Assembly (NCBI GenBank): GCA_944323205.1
Contig: CALURO010000008.1
Span: 42,660 to 106,659, forward strand
Direction: 5' to 3'
Source of the DNA: an uncultured Mucispirillum sp.
Lineage (GTDB): Bacteria; Chrysiogenota; Deferribacteres; Deferribacterales; Mucispirillaceae
DNA: 64,000 nucleotides
The stretch's first letter is position 1, and the number at the start of each line of letters is the position of its first letter. The notes under the pieces are model-generated. The model saw only the letters and a program-made list of their open reading frames with translations, had not been told where the DNA came from and did not search any database. The translations under genes were made by a program, and so were the position numbers. This document shows, one piece after another, positions 49,120 through 58,358 of this stretch.

Positions 49120-50229
49120 ATGAAATTTAATGAAATTGATTTTAATATTAGAAATATTGTAATATTTGCCACAGCTATAGGTATACTTTTACTGCTTTAT
49201 GCTACAAGAGATATACTTTTATTATTCGTTGTATCTGTTTTAATTGCCTATCTTTTAAATCCACTGGTTGAAATATTTGTGCGACTGCATATACCAAGGT
49301 TTTTAAGTGTGCTGCTGCTTGTTATTATTTTACTGTTTATTATTATAGTGCTTGTTGCTGGTATGGTGCCTTCAATGATAAACGATATTACATATATTAT
49401 TAACCATACTCCCCAGTATATCAATAATATTTTTGTATGGATTGAAAAAACACTTGCAAAATTTGATATACAGTCATCATTTGATTTAGAAACAAGTAAA
49501 AACTATATTACAGAACGGCTTGGTGTTATTTCAAAATATATTTTAAATACTCTTTCTTCTGCTGCAGTATCTGTTAAAAATATTGCAGGTGTTTTAATGA
49601 ATATTGTTATAGTGCCGGTGCTTGTTTTCTTTTTACTTACAGATTTTCCTGATTTTAAAAATTTTACAAATAAACTTGTTGAGAGATTTAATATGCAAAA
49701 AATAGTTGAACATTTATCACAGTTTGAATCACTAATAGGCAAATATTTCAGAGGTATGTTCCTTGTAGGTATTATACTTTCATGCCTTTACGGATTAGTG
49801 CTTTTTATTGTAGGTGTTAAAGGCTGGCTTTTCTTTGGTATGCTTACAGGCTTTGGGGCTATGATACCTTATGTTGGCTTTACAATAGGCTTAATAAGCT
49901 CTGTTATTGCCACAATATACACATTTCATGATTTTATCCACCCGCTATATACTGTTATAGGATTTGTAATAGTGCAGGTACTTGAAAGTATGGTCATCAC
50001 ACCAAAAATAGTTGGAGACAGCTTAGGGATAAGCCCTGTGGTAGTTATTGTAGGCTTAATGATAGGCGGTGCATTGGCTGGATTTTTGGGAATGATTATT
50101 GCCCTGCCTATTGCTGCATTTATTAAAATCTTAATAGATACTTATGTATTTAAAAAACCTATGCCGCAGTTACAGAAGAAATCTGCAGATAAATCAGAAA
50201 ATACTTCTCAAAAAGAAAAAATAAGATAG
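49120..50229 (+). CDS. AI-2E family transporter
   Basis: IAYLLNPLV, IPYVG, QVLES..I.PKIVG..LG.SP, G.IIALP..A. Confidence 0.9.
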   Translation: MKFNEIDFNIRNIVIFATAIGILLLLYATRDILLLFVVSVLIAYLLNPLVEIFVRLHIPRFLSVLLLVIILLFIIIVLVAGMVPSMINDITYIINHTPQYINNIFVWIEKTLAKFDIQSSFDLETSKNYITERLGVISKYILNTLSSAAVSVKNIAGVLMNIVIVPVLVFFLLTDFPDFKNFTNKLVERFNMQKIVEHLSQFESLIGKYFRGMFLVGIILSCLYGLVLFIVGVKGWLFFGMLTGFGAMIPYVGFTIGLISSVIATIYTFHDFIHPLYTVIGFVIVQVLESMVITPKIVGDSLGISPVVVIVGLMIGGALAGFLGMIIALPIAAFIKILIDTYVFKKPMPQLQKKSADKSENTSQKEKIR

Positions 50230-50231
50230 TA

Positions 50232-50256
50232 AAAGCTGGTTTTTATAACCAGCTTT
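50232..50256 (+). terminator. Intrinsic terminator
   Basis: AAAGCTGGTT-TTTAT-AACCAGCTTT. Confidence 0.7.
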
Positions 50257-50414
50257 ATTATTATAACATACTTATAAACATATATTTTTTTATATTATAT
50301 TAATTTAATATGTATTTATATATAATTTTCTAATGTATTTTATAATTATTTTCTTGCATAAACTATAATATTGTTCTATAATTAGTATATATTATATATC
50401 CAATGGAGTTGTAT

Positions 50415-51197
50415 ATGTATAAGCCTAATGTAAAACCTATCCAATCAGTTCAGCATGCCCTGCAGCTGTTTGAAGTATTTAGAACAAACTATGATAAAGA
50501 TGAGTTTGGTGTTACTGAGCTTTCTAAAACTTTAGGACTGCATAAAAATAATGTGTTCCGTCTGCTTGCTACATTGTCTTCCTGCGGATATATTGAGCAA
50601 AACCCTGCTACAGAAAATTACAGGCTGGGTATTGGTATATTTAATCTGGGGCAGAAGTTTATTAATAAATTAGGTTTTCTTCGCCTTGCCCATCCATTTA
50701 TGGAAAAAATAGTATCAGAAATTAGCGAGTCATGCTATATCGGCATACTTCGCGAAGGTAATGTGATATATCTTGATTTAGTAGAAGCAGACCATCCTGT
50801 TCGTATTGTATCCCGTGTTGGTAAAGATGTACCTGCATACTGCACTTCCATTGGTAAAGTTCAACTTGCATTTTCTGGAGAAGATGAGCTTAATAAAATG
50901 TATCTTGGAGCAAGGCTTAAAAGATATACTGACTATACTATTACATCACTTCCAGAATTAAAAAAACATTTAAAAGAAGTAAATGCAAATGAATATGCAA
51001 TAGACAATCAGGAATTTGAAAAAGATGTATGCTGCATAGCTGTGCCGATAAAAGATTATCTTGGCACACCTGTTGCAGCAATAAGTGTAGCAGGTCCAAG
51101 TTACAGAATGAGTCAGGAAAGGCTTATTAATGATATACTCCCTATTGCTAAAAAATATGCAAAAGAAATATCTAAACGCTTAGGATATCAAAATTAA
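50415..51197 (+). CDS. IclR family transcriptional regulator
   Basis: SVQHALQLFE..GVTELS..LGLHKNNVFRLL HTH; P.YCTSIGK; CIAVPI..AAISV.GP. Confidence 0.93.
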   Translation: MYKPNVKPIQSVQHALQLFEVFRTNYDKDEFGVTELSKTLGLHKNNVFRLLATLSSCGYIEQNPATENYRLGIGIFNLGQKFINKLGFLRLAHPFMEKIVSEISESCYIGILREGNVIYLDLVEADHPVRIVSRVGKDVPAYCTSIGKVQLAFSGEDELNKMYLGARLKRYTDYTITSLPELKKHLKEVNANEYAIDNQEFEKDVCCIAVPIKDYLGTPVAAISVAGPSYRMSQERLINDILPIAKKYAKEISKRLGYQN

Positions 51198-51667
51198 TGA
51201 GCAAAAAAGACAGAATAGTTACTGATGAAAATATAAAAATAGAAGCATTAAAATCTATGGATATTATCCGCTTAGGTCTTATAGATAATGGTTTATCTTA
51301 TATAGTGCCTGTTAATTTTGCATATTATGATAATGCCATATACTTTCATACAGGGCTTAATGGCAGAAAAATACCACTTTTAAGAAATGCTGAAAAAATA
51401 TCCTTTCAGGCAGACAGATTTGACGGCTTAAAAACTCATGATACAGCCTGCGGTCATTCTTCATACTTTACTTCAGTGTATGGCGAAGGGATACCTGTAT
51501 TTTTAGAAACAAAAGAAGATAAATATTTCGGCTTAGACTTACTTATGGAAAAATACACTGGGAAAAAATGGAAGGATTTTCCAGAAAAAATACTTAATAT
51601 TACTAATGTTATCCGCATAAATATTACTAAACTTGAGGCAGTTATACATAAACCAAAAGAAATATAA
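51197..51667 (+). CDS. Pyridoxamine 5'-phosphate oxidase-like (NimA) flavin-binding protein
   Basis: YIVPVNF, IYFH...GRK, SV...G. Confidence 0.82.
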   Translation: MSKKDRIVTDENIKIEALKSMDIIRLGLIDNGLSYIVPVNFAYYDNAIYFHTGLNGRKIPLLRNAEKISFQADRFDGLKTHDTACGHSSYFTSVYGEGIPVFLETKEDKYFGLDLLMEKYTGKKWKDFPEKILNITNVIRINITKLEAVIHKPKEI

Positions 51668-51668
51668 T

Positions 51669-51902
51669 CTACTTTTTATTATCTTCAATATTTTTAATTA
51701 ATTCAGATAAAGAAATCACTAACCCGCGGGAAAGTTTTTCAAGCACTGATAATGTAGGCGATGAAGGATTTTTACTTTCCAGCTTTTGCAGATATTTATA
51801 ATCAATATCAGACATTTCCGCCAGCTTTTCCTGAGTAAGCCCTTTGCTTTTTCTTAAATTCCTAAGCCTTTCTGCAAAAATATTATTTATATCCATTGAC
51901 AA
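51669..51902 (-). CDS. XRE-family HTH regulator (C-protein-like size)
   Basis: LRNLRKSKGLTQEKLAE...YLQKLE...PTL..L.KL. Confidence 0.88.
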   Translation of the reverse strand: MSMDINNIFAERLRNLRKSKGLTQEKLAEMSDIDYKYLQKLESKNPSSPTLSVLEKLSRGLVISLSELIKNIEDNKK

Positions 51903-52349
51903 ATATTAATTAAAATAGTATCATTCAAACACCACATATATGCGGTTATATATTTTTAGATTACAGGTGCTTATAATGCGCGATGGTCTCTTTTTATACT
52001 TACTGCTTTATTTGTGTTTATAGGCTATGTAGTTTCATGTTTCATATATAATTAGTAAACAAAATAATACTTAATATCCAATATAACATCAGAAAATCAT
52101 TTATCAAGTATGCAGTATCTAATACATACCCAACCAAGAGATTTCATCCTGCCTTATATAAAAATCTTCATAAAATTATATATAATAATATAAAGGTTAC
52201 TTCTATGAAAAAGATAGTGCTTATTATGGTGTGTCTTATGATTAGATAATAATCAATATATTTTAATTTATTTTATTCTTCATATTAGATATTCATTACT
52301 TTTCTGTATTTTAAATACACATTAATATTAATTTTACCATAAAAACAGC

Positions 52350-52376
52350 TTGACATTCCCCCCCCCATGATATAAT
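52350..52376 (+). promoter_or_regulatory. Sigma70 promoter with a C9 tract in the -35/-10 spacer
   Basis: TTGACA-TT-C9-ATGA-TATAAT: 15-bp spacer and extended -10 TG. Confidence 0.85.
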
Positions 52377-52406
52377 GGGCGAAAAGAAAAGGAAAAAGAG
52401 GGGTTT

Positions 52407-52928
52407 ATGAAGAAAATAATTATCACACTTTTTACTATTTTTGCACTATTTGGCTGTGCTGAAGATGAAAAAAATCAACCAATACCACTTCCATATCCAC
52501 AAGATAATAATACTGGTGGTGATAACAATACTAATAATATAGATAAATATTATAAAGTGTTGTTAAGTTGTATTTCAAATATTTCTACAAGCGACAATGT
52601 ATCAACATGGGGTTTTGAGCCTTATAATCCAACTAATTATTTACATGTTTACATCGCAGATAAATTAGGTAGACCTAGTATAAACTCCAAAAAGATTGTA
52701 TATGTTTCTGGTGATTGGGGATATACATCCTTAAATTTTTTTTATAATTTCAATATATATGATAACAATACAGCTGATCCATCATATCTTCATCAAATGA
52801 CATTTGATTCACCAGATAAAACTTCTTTATCCAGTATTGAACATAATATTATTGATTATTATACAAAATTTATAAAAACCGAGCCATATAAAAACTTATA
52901 TGAACATATTATTTACGTAAAAGAATAA
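52407..52928 (+). CDS. Putative lipoprotein
   Basis: MKK, h-region, lipobox LFGC, then a P/N-rich linker. Confidence 0.8.
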   Translation: MKKIIITLFTIFALFGCAEDEKNQPIPLPYPQDNNTGGDNNTNNIDKYYKVLLSCISNISTSDNVSTWGFEPYNPTNYLHVYIADKLGRPSINSKKIVYVSGDWGYTSLNFFYNFNIYDNNTADPSYLHQMTFDSPDKTSLSSIEHNIIDYYTKFIKTEPYKNLYEHIIYVKE

Positions 52929-52942
52929 TATGCGAGAATTAC

Positions 52943-53533
52943 ATGAATAATATATTATTACCCAATAAAGATAATTATATCTTTGTAGATTTTGATGACA
53001 CAATAATATATACCAGCTATGCAAATTTCCTTGCGTATAAAAGAGCAGTGCATGAAATATTAAATATAGATATTACTTTCATTGACGAAAGATTTACGCA
53101 TAATACTTTATTTCAATTAGAAAAGGATAAAAATATAATAAATAAAATTATCAACTTAAAAAATCACTATTATACTACATTCTTACAATATACTTACATT
53201 AATGATTTTTTGCTTAATATTTTAAAAAATCTTAATAACAATAAAATCATTTTAGTTACAAATGGAAATAAAGACAGGGTTGAAAATACATTAAAATATC
53301 ATAATATTCATACCTTGTTTCACAAACAATTTTATATAAAACCTTCCAATAAATCTTTTAGTAAATATTTTGAAGTCTTTAATCAAATTTATGAAAACAA
53401 TATTAATATAGAAGATATATTTATATATGAAAACAGTGAAGTAGAAATATTAAAAGCTGTAAACTGTGGTTTTACAATAGATAAAATATATCAAATACCA
53501 CTGAAAATATATACAAAAAAGGAGATAATATGA
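52943..53533 (+). CDS. HAD-family hydrolase (ShosT N-half-like)
   Basis: FVDFDDTII DxD motif; LVTNG; IYENS. Confidence 0.78.
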   Translation: MNNILLPNKDNYIFVDFDDTIIYTSYANFLAYKRAVHEILNIDITFIDERFTHNTLFQLEKDKNIINKIINLKNHYYTTFLQYTYINDFLLNILKNLNNNKIILVTNGNKDRVENTLKYHNIHTLFHKQFYIKPSNKSFSKYFEVFNQIYENNINIEDIFIYENSEVEILKAVNCGFTIDKIYQIPLKIYTKKEII

Positions 53534-54186
53534 ATGAATTCATTATTAGAAAAAATAATTTTTTAAAAAAGGATATAAAAGGATATTATCATACAGATTA
53601 TCTTGGGTGGCAATGTCCTGGCAACCCTGATTATCTAAATATTTTCAAAAATACATATAACTCATATAGCATAGAAAAATTAAAAGATGCTTATAAAATT
53701 ACTGAAGATATTTTATTCCATGAAATATATGAAATATATAATAGACTAAATGAATATAAAATTACAGTATGTGTTGTGCCTCGTTCAAAAACAAATCTTC
53801 AAGATACACAATTGTATTTTTTAAAATCTGTTTCAGATGCTATCAGTAGTATTTTTGATGAATATGCCCTTGTTGATTATAAAAGCGAGGAAGTTATATC
53901 ACTTATAGATGATGGAACAGATTTTATCACTAGACACACAAATACTTATACCACACATTTAGGCGAAAAAGCACCTAACTATATTAATGATGGACTAAAA
54001 CCATATCCTGGAATTACCAAAGATACATGCCATATTTCTCCAGAAATAAAAGGTAAACATATATTATTAATTGATGATATTTATACTAAAAATGTAAATA
54101 TTGATGAAGATACAATACAAGCATTGTTAGATAATGGAGCAACTGGTGTTACCTTTTACGCTGTTGCAAAAACTATTGATAGATAA
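53530..54186 (+). CDS. Phosphoribosyltransferase-fold protein (ShosT C-half-like)
   Basis: VVPRSK; PRPP loop ILLIDDIYTK; ATGA overlap with its own GGAG RBS. Confidence 0.8.
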   Translation: MNEFIIRKNNFLKKDIKGYYHTDYLGWQCPGNPDYLNIFKNTYNSYSIEKLKDAYKITEDILFHEIYEIYNRLNEYKITVCVVPRSKTNLQDTQLYFLKSVSDAISSIFDEYALVDYKSEEVISLIDDGTDFITRHTNTYTTHLGEKAPNYINDGLKPYPGITKDTCHISPEIKGKHILLIDDIYTKNVNIDEDTIQALLDNGATGVTFYAVAKTIDR

Positions 54187-54219
54187 TATAATCACAAATA
54201 ATATTTTTTGGAGTATATA

Positions 54220-55176
54220 ATGAAATATTCTGATAATGTAGTAAACATTTTAGCATTAAAGCAATATAAAGGTATAGGAAACAGCTGGATTTCAAAAAAT
54301 ATACATGGTAATGAAACGATTGAAGATATTGTTTATATGCTTAATAGTAAGTCAAATATTACATCTGCACAAGAATTTAGCAATATTAGGTATAAAATAT
54401 TAAATGAGTTATCAGTCATATCACAACATATTGATGGCGCAATTGCCATTGGTGATAGTAATTTTCCAGTATGTAGAGGAAATGTAAAAGACAGCGAACG
54501 CCCTGTTGTTCTTTTTTATCGTGGAAACATAAATTTATTAAACCATGACAATAAAAATATTGCAGTAATTGGAGTTTTAAAACCAGACATCTATACTGAA
54601 AATTTTGAAAAAAAAGTAGTTGAAGAATTAGTAAAACAAAATAATACAATAGTTAGTGGTCTTGCTTTAGGCTGTGATAGTATTGCACATATACAAACAT
54701 TAAAATCAAAAGGTAAAACTATAGCAATACTTCCGAGTCCTATACATAATATATTACCTGCTTCTAATAAACAACTTGCAGAAGAAATTGTTTTAAATGG
54801 TGGTTTATTAATTACTGAATATTACACTGATGCAAAATATAAAGAATTAAACAGCAGATATATTGAAAGGGATAGATTACAGGCTTTATTTAGTGATTGT
54901 GTAATTTTATCAGCAAGTTATGCAAAAAATGACTTAGGAAATGACAGCGGGTCAAGACATGCAATGAATTATGCAAAATCATATTCTATTAAAAGAGCGG
55001 TATTAGAACCAAAAGACAATAATGCAATGTATGATTTAAATAGACAACTTATTAATGAAGATAAAAAAATAATTATTATAAAACAAAATAATATAGAAGA
55101 ATCTATTCAGAAATTTGAAAATGTAAAAGGCAGTGTTACTTATAAACAACTAGATTTATCGTCTTTTTTATCATAG
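54220..55176 (+). CDS. DprA/Smf-like protein (ShosA-like)
   Basis: P.VLFYRGN, IVSGLALGCDSIAH, TIAILP, LLITEY, ERDRLQA, SGS.HA. Confidence 0.88.
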   Translation: MKYSDNVVNILALKQYKGIGNSWISKNIHGNETIEDIVYMLNSKSNITSAQEFSNIRYKILNELSVISQHIDGAIAIGDSNFPVCRGNVKDSERPVVLFYRGNINLLNHDNKNIAVIGVLKPDIYTENFEKKVVEELVKQNNTIVSGLALGCDSIAHIQTLKSKGKTIAILPSPIHNILPASNKQLAEEIVLNGGLLITEYYTDAKYKELNSRYIERDRLQALFSDCVILSASYAKNDLGNDSGSRHAMNYAKSYSIKRAVLEPKDNNAMYDLNRQLINEDKKIIIIKQNNIEESIQKFENVKGSVTYKQLDLSSFLS

Positions 55177-55237
55177 TTATGATATCTTTTCATTAATAAA
55201 TCATACCATTCTCTTATATTACAAACAGGGAGAAGGT

Positions 55238-55390
55238 ATGAAAGCTATTGATATTGCCAATTTTTTTATTGATTACAATGCACATTCTATAGATGATACT
55301 ATTACAAATTTAAAACTCAATAAAATGCTGTATTCTGGCAAAGTAAACTATTTACTTTATATATATTATATAGTTTTATTTCCAATTTAA
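55238..55390 (+). pseudogene. Truncated Panacea/DUF4065 (SocA-like) antitoxin fragment
   Basis: MKAIDIANFFI...ITNLKLNKMLY followed by unrelated sequence and a stop at codon 51. Confidence 0.65.
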
Positions 55391-55703
55391 AAAATACTCC
55401 CATGTTATTTCATTTTCTTTGCGACTTAATTTCTTATGAACTGTTTTTTAGGAACGCTTTGCCAGCTACTTGTCTGAACGAAGTGAGTTGTAGTGGCAGT
55501 GGAGAAAAAACAGTGAATGTCTAAGGAATTGGAGCATAAGAAATGAAATAACTAACATAAGATTTATGAGATTTGCGGCGGTCTGATAGTGTAAACTTCA
55601 TTTTGTAAATATATTTATGATTATACTTAATTATAACATTAAAATAAGAGTGATATTATAATCTTTAAATTGACTTAAATAATTTATTTAATATAATTAC
55701 TTT

Positions 55704-56468
55704 ATGATTTTAAGTGTTTCCCGAAGAACAGATATTCCTGCATTTTATGCTGAATGGTTTATGGAAAGGTTAAGGCAGAAATATGTGCTTGTCCGTAACC
55801 CCTTTAATATTCACAGTATTTCCCGTATTCCTTTATCACCAGAAAATGTTGATGCTATTATATTCTGGACTAAAAACTCTAAACCAATTCATAAATATTT
55901 AGATGAAATAGATAAACTTGGATATAAATATTATTTTCAATATACTATTACTCCATATAAAAAAGATTTAGAAGAAAAAGTGCAGGATAAAAAAGAAATT
56001 GTAGAGACATTTAAAAATCTATCTGAAAAAATAGGCAGTGAAAAAGTGATACTGCGGTATGACCCTGTAATATTAAGTGATAACTACACTATAGATTTTC
56101 ATAAAAAAGCTTTTGCAAGGCTTTGTGATTTGCTGGCACCTTATACTAAAAAGATTGTATTCAGCTTTCTTGATGACTATAAAAAAATATCTAAAAATAT
56201 AAAGCAGTTAAATATTAAGGAAATTTCAGCAGAAGAAATGTGTATAATGGCAGAATATTTTGCAGACACTGCCAAAAAATATAACCTTAAAATAGAAAGT
56301 TGTGCAGAGCAGATTGATTTAGAAAGATTTGGTATAAATCACGGCAAATGTATAGATAATGAATTAATAGAAAAAATTACAGGATATAAATTATCTGTTG
56401 GCAGAGATAACCAAAGAAATGCCTGCGGCTGTATAAAATGTATAGATATTGGAGACCATATATGGTAA
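55704..56468 (+). pseudogene. DUF1848 family protein, apparently C-terminally truncated
   Basis: MILSVSRRTDIPAFY, FWTKN, RYDP, QRNACGCIKCIDIG, then a stop before the usual terminal Cys motif. Confidence 0.7.
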
Positions 56469-56485
56469 AAGTTAAAAATTTTTTC

Positions 56486-56514
56486 TTGACAATACTGAAA
56501 AAAAGTATTATAAG
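56486..56514 (+). promoter_or_regulatory. Sigma70 promoter of the tRNA cluster
   Basis: TTGACA-N17-TATAAG. Confidence 0.75.
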
Positions 56515-56538
56515 TTTTAACTCTAATGAGAATAGCAC

Positions 56539-56612
56539 GGTGGATGTAGCTCAGTTGGTAGAGTCCAGGATTGTGGCTCCTGTTGTCGCGGGTTCGAGCC
56601 CCGTCATCCACC
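56539..56612 (+). tRNA. tRNA-His(GTG) with encoded G-1, CCA not encoded
   Basis: GGTGGATG...CATCCACC; anticodon loop TTGTGGC. Confidence 0.96.
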
Positions 56613-56628
56613 CTTTATTTAATTATAC

Positions 56629-56709
56629 GCGGATGTGGCGGAATTGGTAGACGCGCTAGACTTAGGATCTAGTGTCTTCGGCGTGGGGGTTCGAGTCCCT
56701 TCATCCGCA
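56629..56709 (+). tRNA. tRNA-Leu(TAG)
   Basis: GCGGATG/CATCCGC; CTAGA-CTTAGGA-TCTAG; long variable arm. Confidence 0.96.
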
Positions 56710-56738
56710 TACACAATTTAGTCATTTCTTGCATATAA

Positions 56739-56811
56739 GCGGGTGTAGCTCAGCTGGTAGAGCGTGACCTTGCCAAGGTTGAGGTCGCGGGTTCGAGTCC
56801 CGTCACCCGCT
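56739..56811 (+). tRNA. tRNA-Gly(GCC)
   Basis: GCGGGTG/CACCCGC; anticodon loop TTGCCAA. Confidence 0.96.
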
Positions 56812-56870
56812 CTTTTTGTTTCTAATAATTCATAATATATATTACTTTTTGTTTATTTTAAGGAGTCCTT

Positions 56871-58340
56871 ATGAAAGTTCAAGTTAATGATGCAGAACGT
56901 TCCCAAAAAGAACTTTTGGTAGAAATACCTTATGAAGTTTTTGAAACAGCAGCAGATAAAGAGCTGGACACACTGCTTCCAAAAGCAAAAATACATGGTT
57001 TCCGCCCAGGTAAAGCACCGAGAGAAATTGCTAGAAAACAATTTTCTCATCAAATTAAATCACAGGCTATTGAAAAGGTTATAAATGAAGCCGTGCAGGA
57101 CGCATTAACTTCTAATAATATAGTACCTATATCTCAGGCTCATATATCAGATGTAGTATTTGAAGAAAATAAGCCTATTACTTTTACTGCCAAAGTTGAT
57201 GTATTTCCAAAAGTAGAGCTTAATAAATATAAAGATTTTAACTTTAAGAAAGTTACTGTAGAAATCAGCGATGGTGACATTGATGATGCTCTTATCACTT
57301 TACAAGAAAGAGATATGACTTATGAACCTGTAGAAAATAGAGATACAGTTCAAAAAGGTGATGTAGCCGTTATTGATTTTGAAGGTAAAAAAGATGGTGT
57401 TGCTTTTGATGGCGGCACAGCAAAAGGCTTCTCTTTAAATATCGGCAGCGGTCATTTTATCCCTGGTTTTGAAGAGGGCGTTATAGGTATGAAAAAAGGT
57501 GAAACAAAAGATTTAAACCTTACTTTCCCTAAAGAATATAATAATGCAGAACTTGCAGGAAAAGATGTTGTTTTCACTGTTACAGTGCATGAAATAAAAG
57601 AAAAAGTAAAACCAGAACTTAATGATGATTTTGCTAAAGATATAGACCCTAACAGTAAAGGCTTAGAAGATTTAAAAGTTAAACTTAAAAAAGGTTTGCA
57701 GATAGAGGCTGATAAAGCTACACAGTTAGAGGCTTTTGGTCAAATATTAGAACAGATAGTTAAAGAAAACCCATTTGAAGTGCCATACTCATTTGTAAAA
57801 GAGCAGTCAGACCGTATTGCATTTAATGCAATGAACCAGTTTTATCAAATGGGCTTAAATCCAGAACAGGTTGGCATATCTTTTGAAATGATGGCTCAAA
57901 GATATCTTGCTCAGGCTGAAGAGCAGGTTAAACAGGCTATCGTTATTAATGAAGTAGCTAAACTTGAAAACATTGCTGTTGAAGAAGAAGATATTAATAA
58001 CTTCCTTTCTTTCCATGCTGAGCTTCAAGGCAGAACTGTAGAAGAAATCAGAAAAGAGCTTGAAGCACAAATGCAGATGGAAACTGTCCGCAATGATATT
58101 TTAGGTGATAAAGTATATAAATTCCTAGCTGGAGTTAATAAGGCTGAAGAATCTAAAATGACTAAAAAAGAATATGAAGCATCTAAAGCAGCAGCTGCAG
58201 CAGAGCAAAAAGAAGATAAAAAAGAAGAAAAACCTAAGAAAAAATCATCTGCTAAAAAAGCAGAAACAGAAGAAACTGAATCTGAAGAAAAACCTAAAAA
58301 AACTAGAACTTCTAAAAAGAAAGAAGATTCAGCAGAGTAA
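56871..58340 (+). CDS. tig: Trigger factor
   Basis: GFRPGKAP; IDFEGK.DG..F.GG; FIPGFEEG; F.VTVHEIK; Lys/Glu-rich tail. Confidence 0.97.
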   Translation: MKVQVNDAERSQKELLVEIPYEVFETAADKELDTLLPKAKIHGFRPGKAPREIARKQFSHQIKSQAIEKVINEAVQDALTSNNIVPISQAHISDVVFEENKPITFTAKVDVFPKVELNKYKDFNFKKVTVEISDGDIDDALITLQERDMTYEPVENRDTVQKGDVAVIDFEGKKDGVAFDGGTAKGFSLNIGSGHFIPGFEEGVIGMKKGETKDLNLTFPKEYNNAELAGKDVVFTVTVHEIKEKVKPELNDDFAKDIDPNSKGLEDLKVKLKKGLQIEADKATQLEAFGQILEQIVKENPFEVPYSFVKEQSDRIAFNAMNQFYQMGLNPEQVGISFEMMAQRYLAQAEEQVKQAIVINEVAKLENIAVEEEDINNFLSFHAELQGRTVEEIRKELEAQMQMETVRNDILGDKVYKFLAGVNKAEESKMTKKEYEASKAAAAAEQKEDKKEEKPKKKSSAKKAETEETESEEKPKKTRTSKKKEDSAE

Positions 58341-58358
58341 TATTTAAGGAGCTGTTAG

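Noticed and set aside
51960-52260. Short ORF-like fragments between the XRE gene and the poly-C promoter
   Set aside because: Multiple stops and no recognisable family; cannot support a pseudogene call
54220-55176. Housekeeping competence dprA/comF locus
   Set aside because: AT-rich island context, a HAD partner and a divergent N-terminus fit ShosTA-like modules better, so no gene symbol was assigned
55440-55610. GC-richer intergenic stretch as an integron attC site or structured RNA
   Set aside because: An ACTAAC box is present but I found no matching GTTRRRY end or convincing long hairpin; left unexplained
56339-56650. 90-aa and 70-aa ORFs
   Set aside because: They overlap tRNA genes and the tRNA promoter
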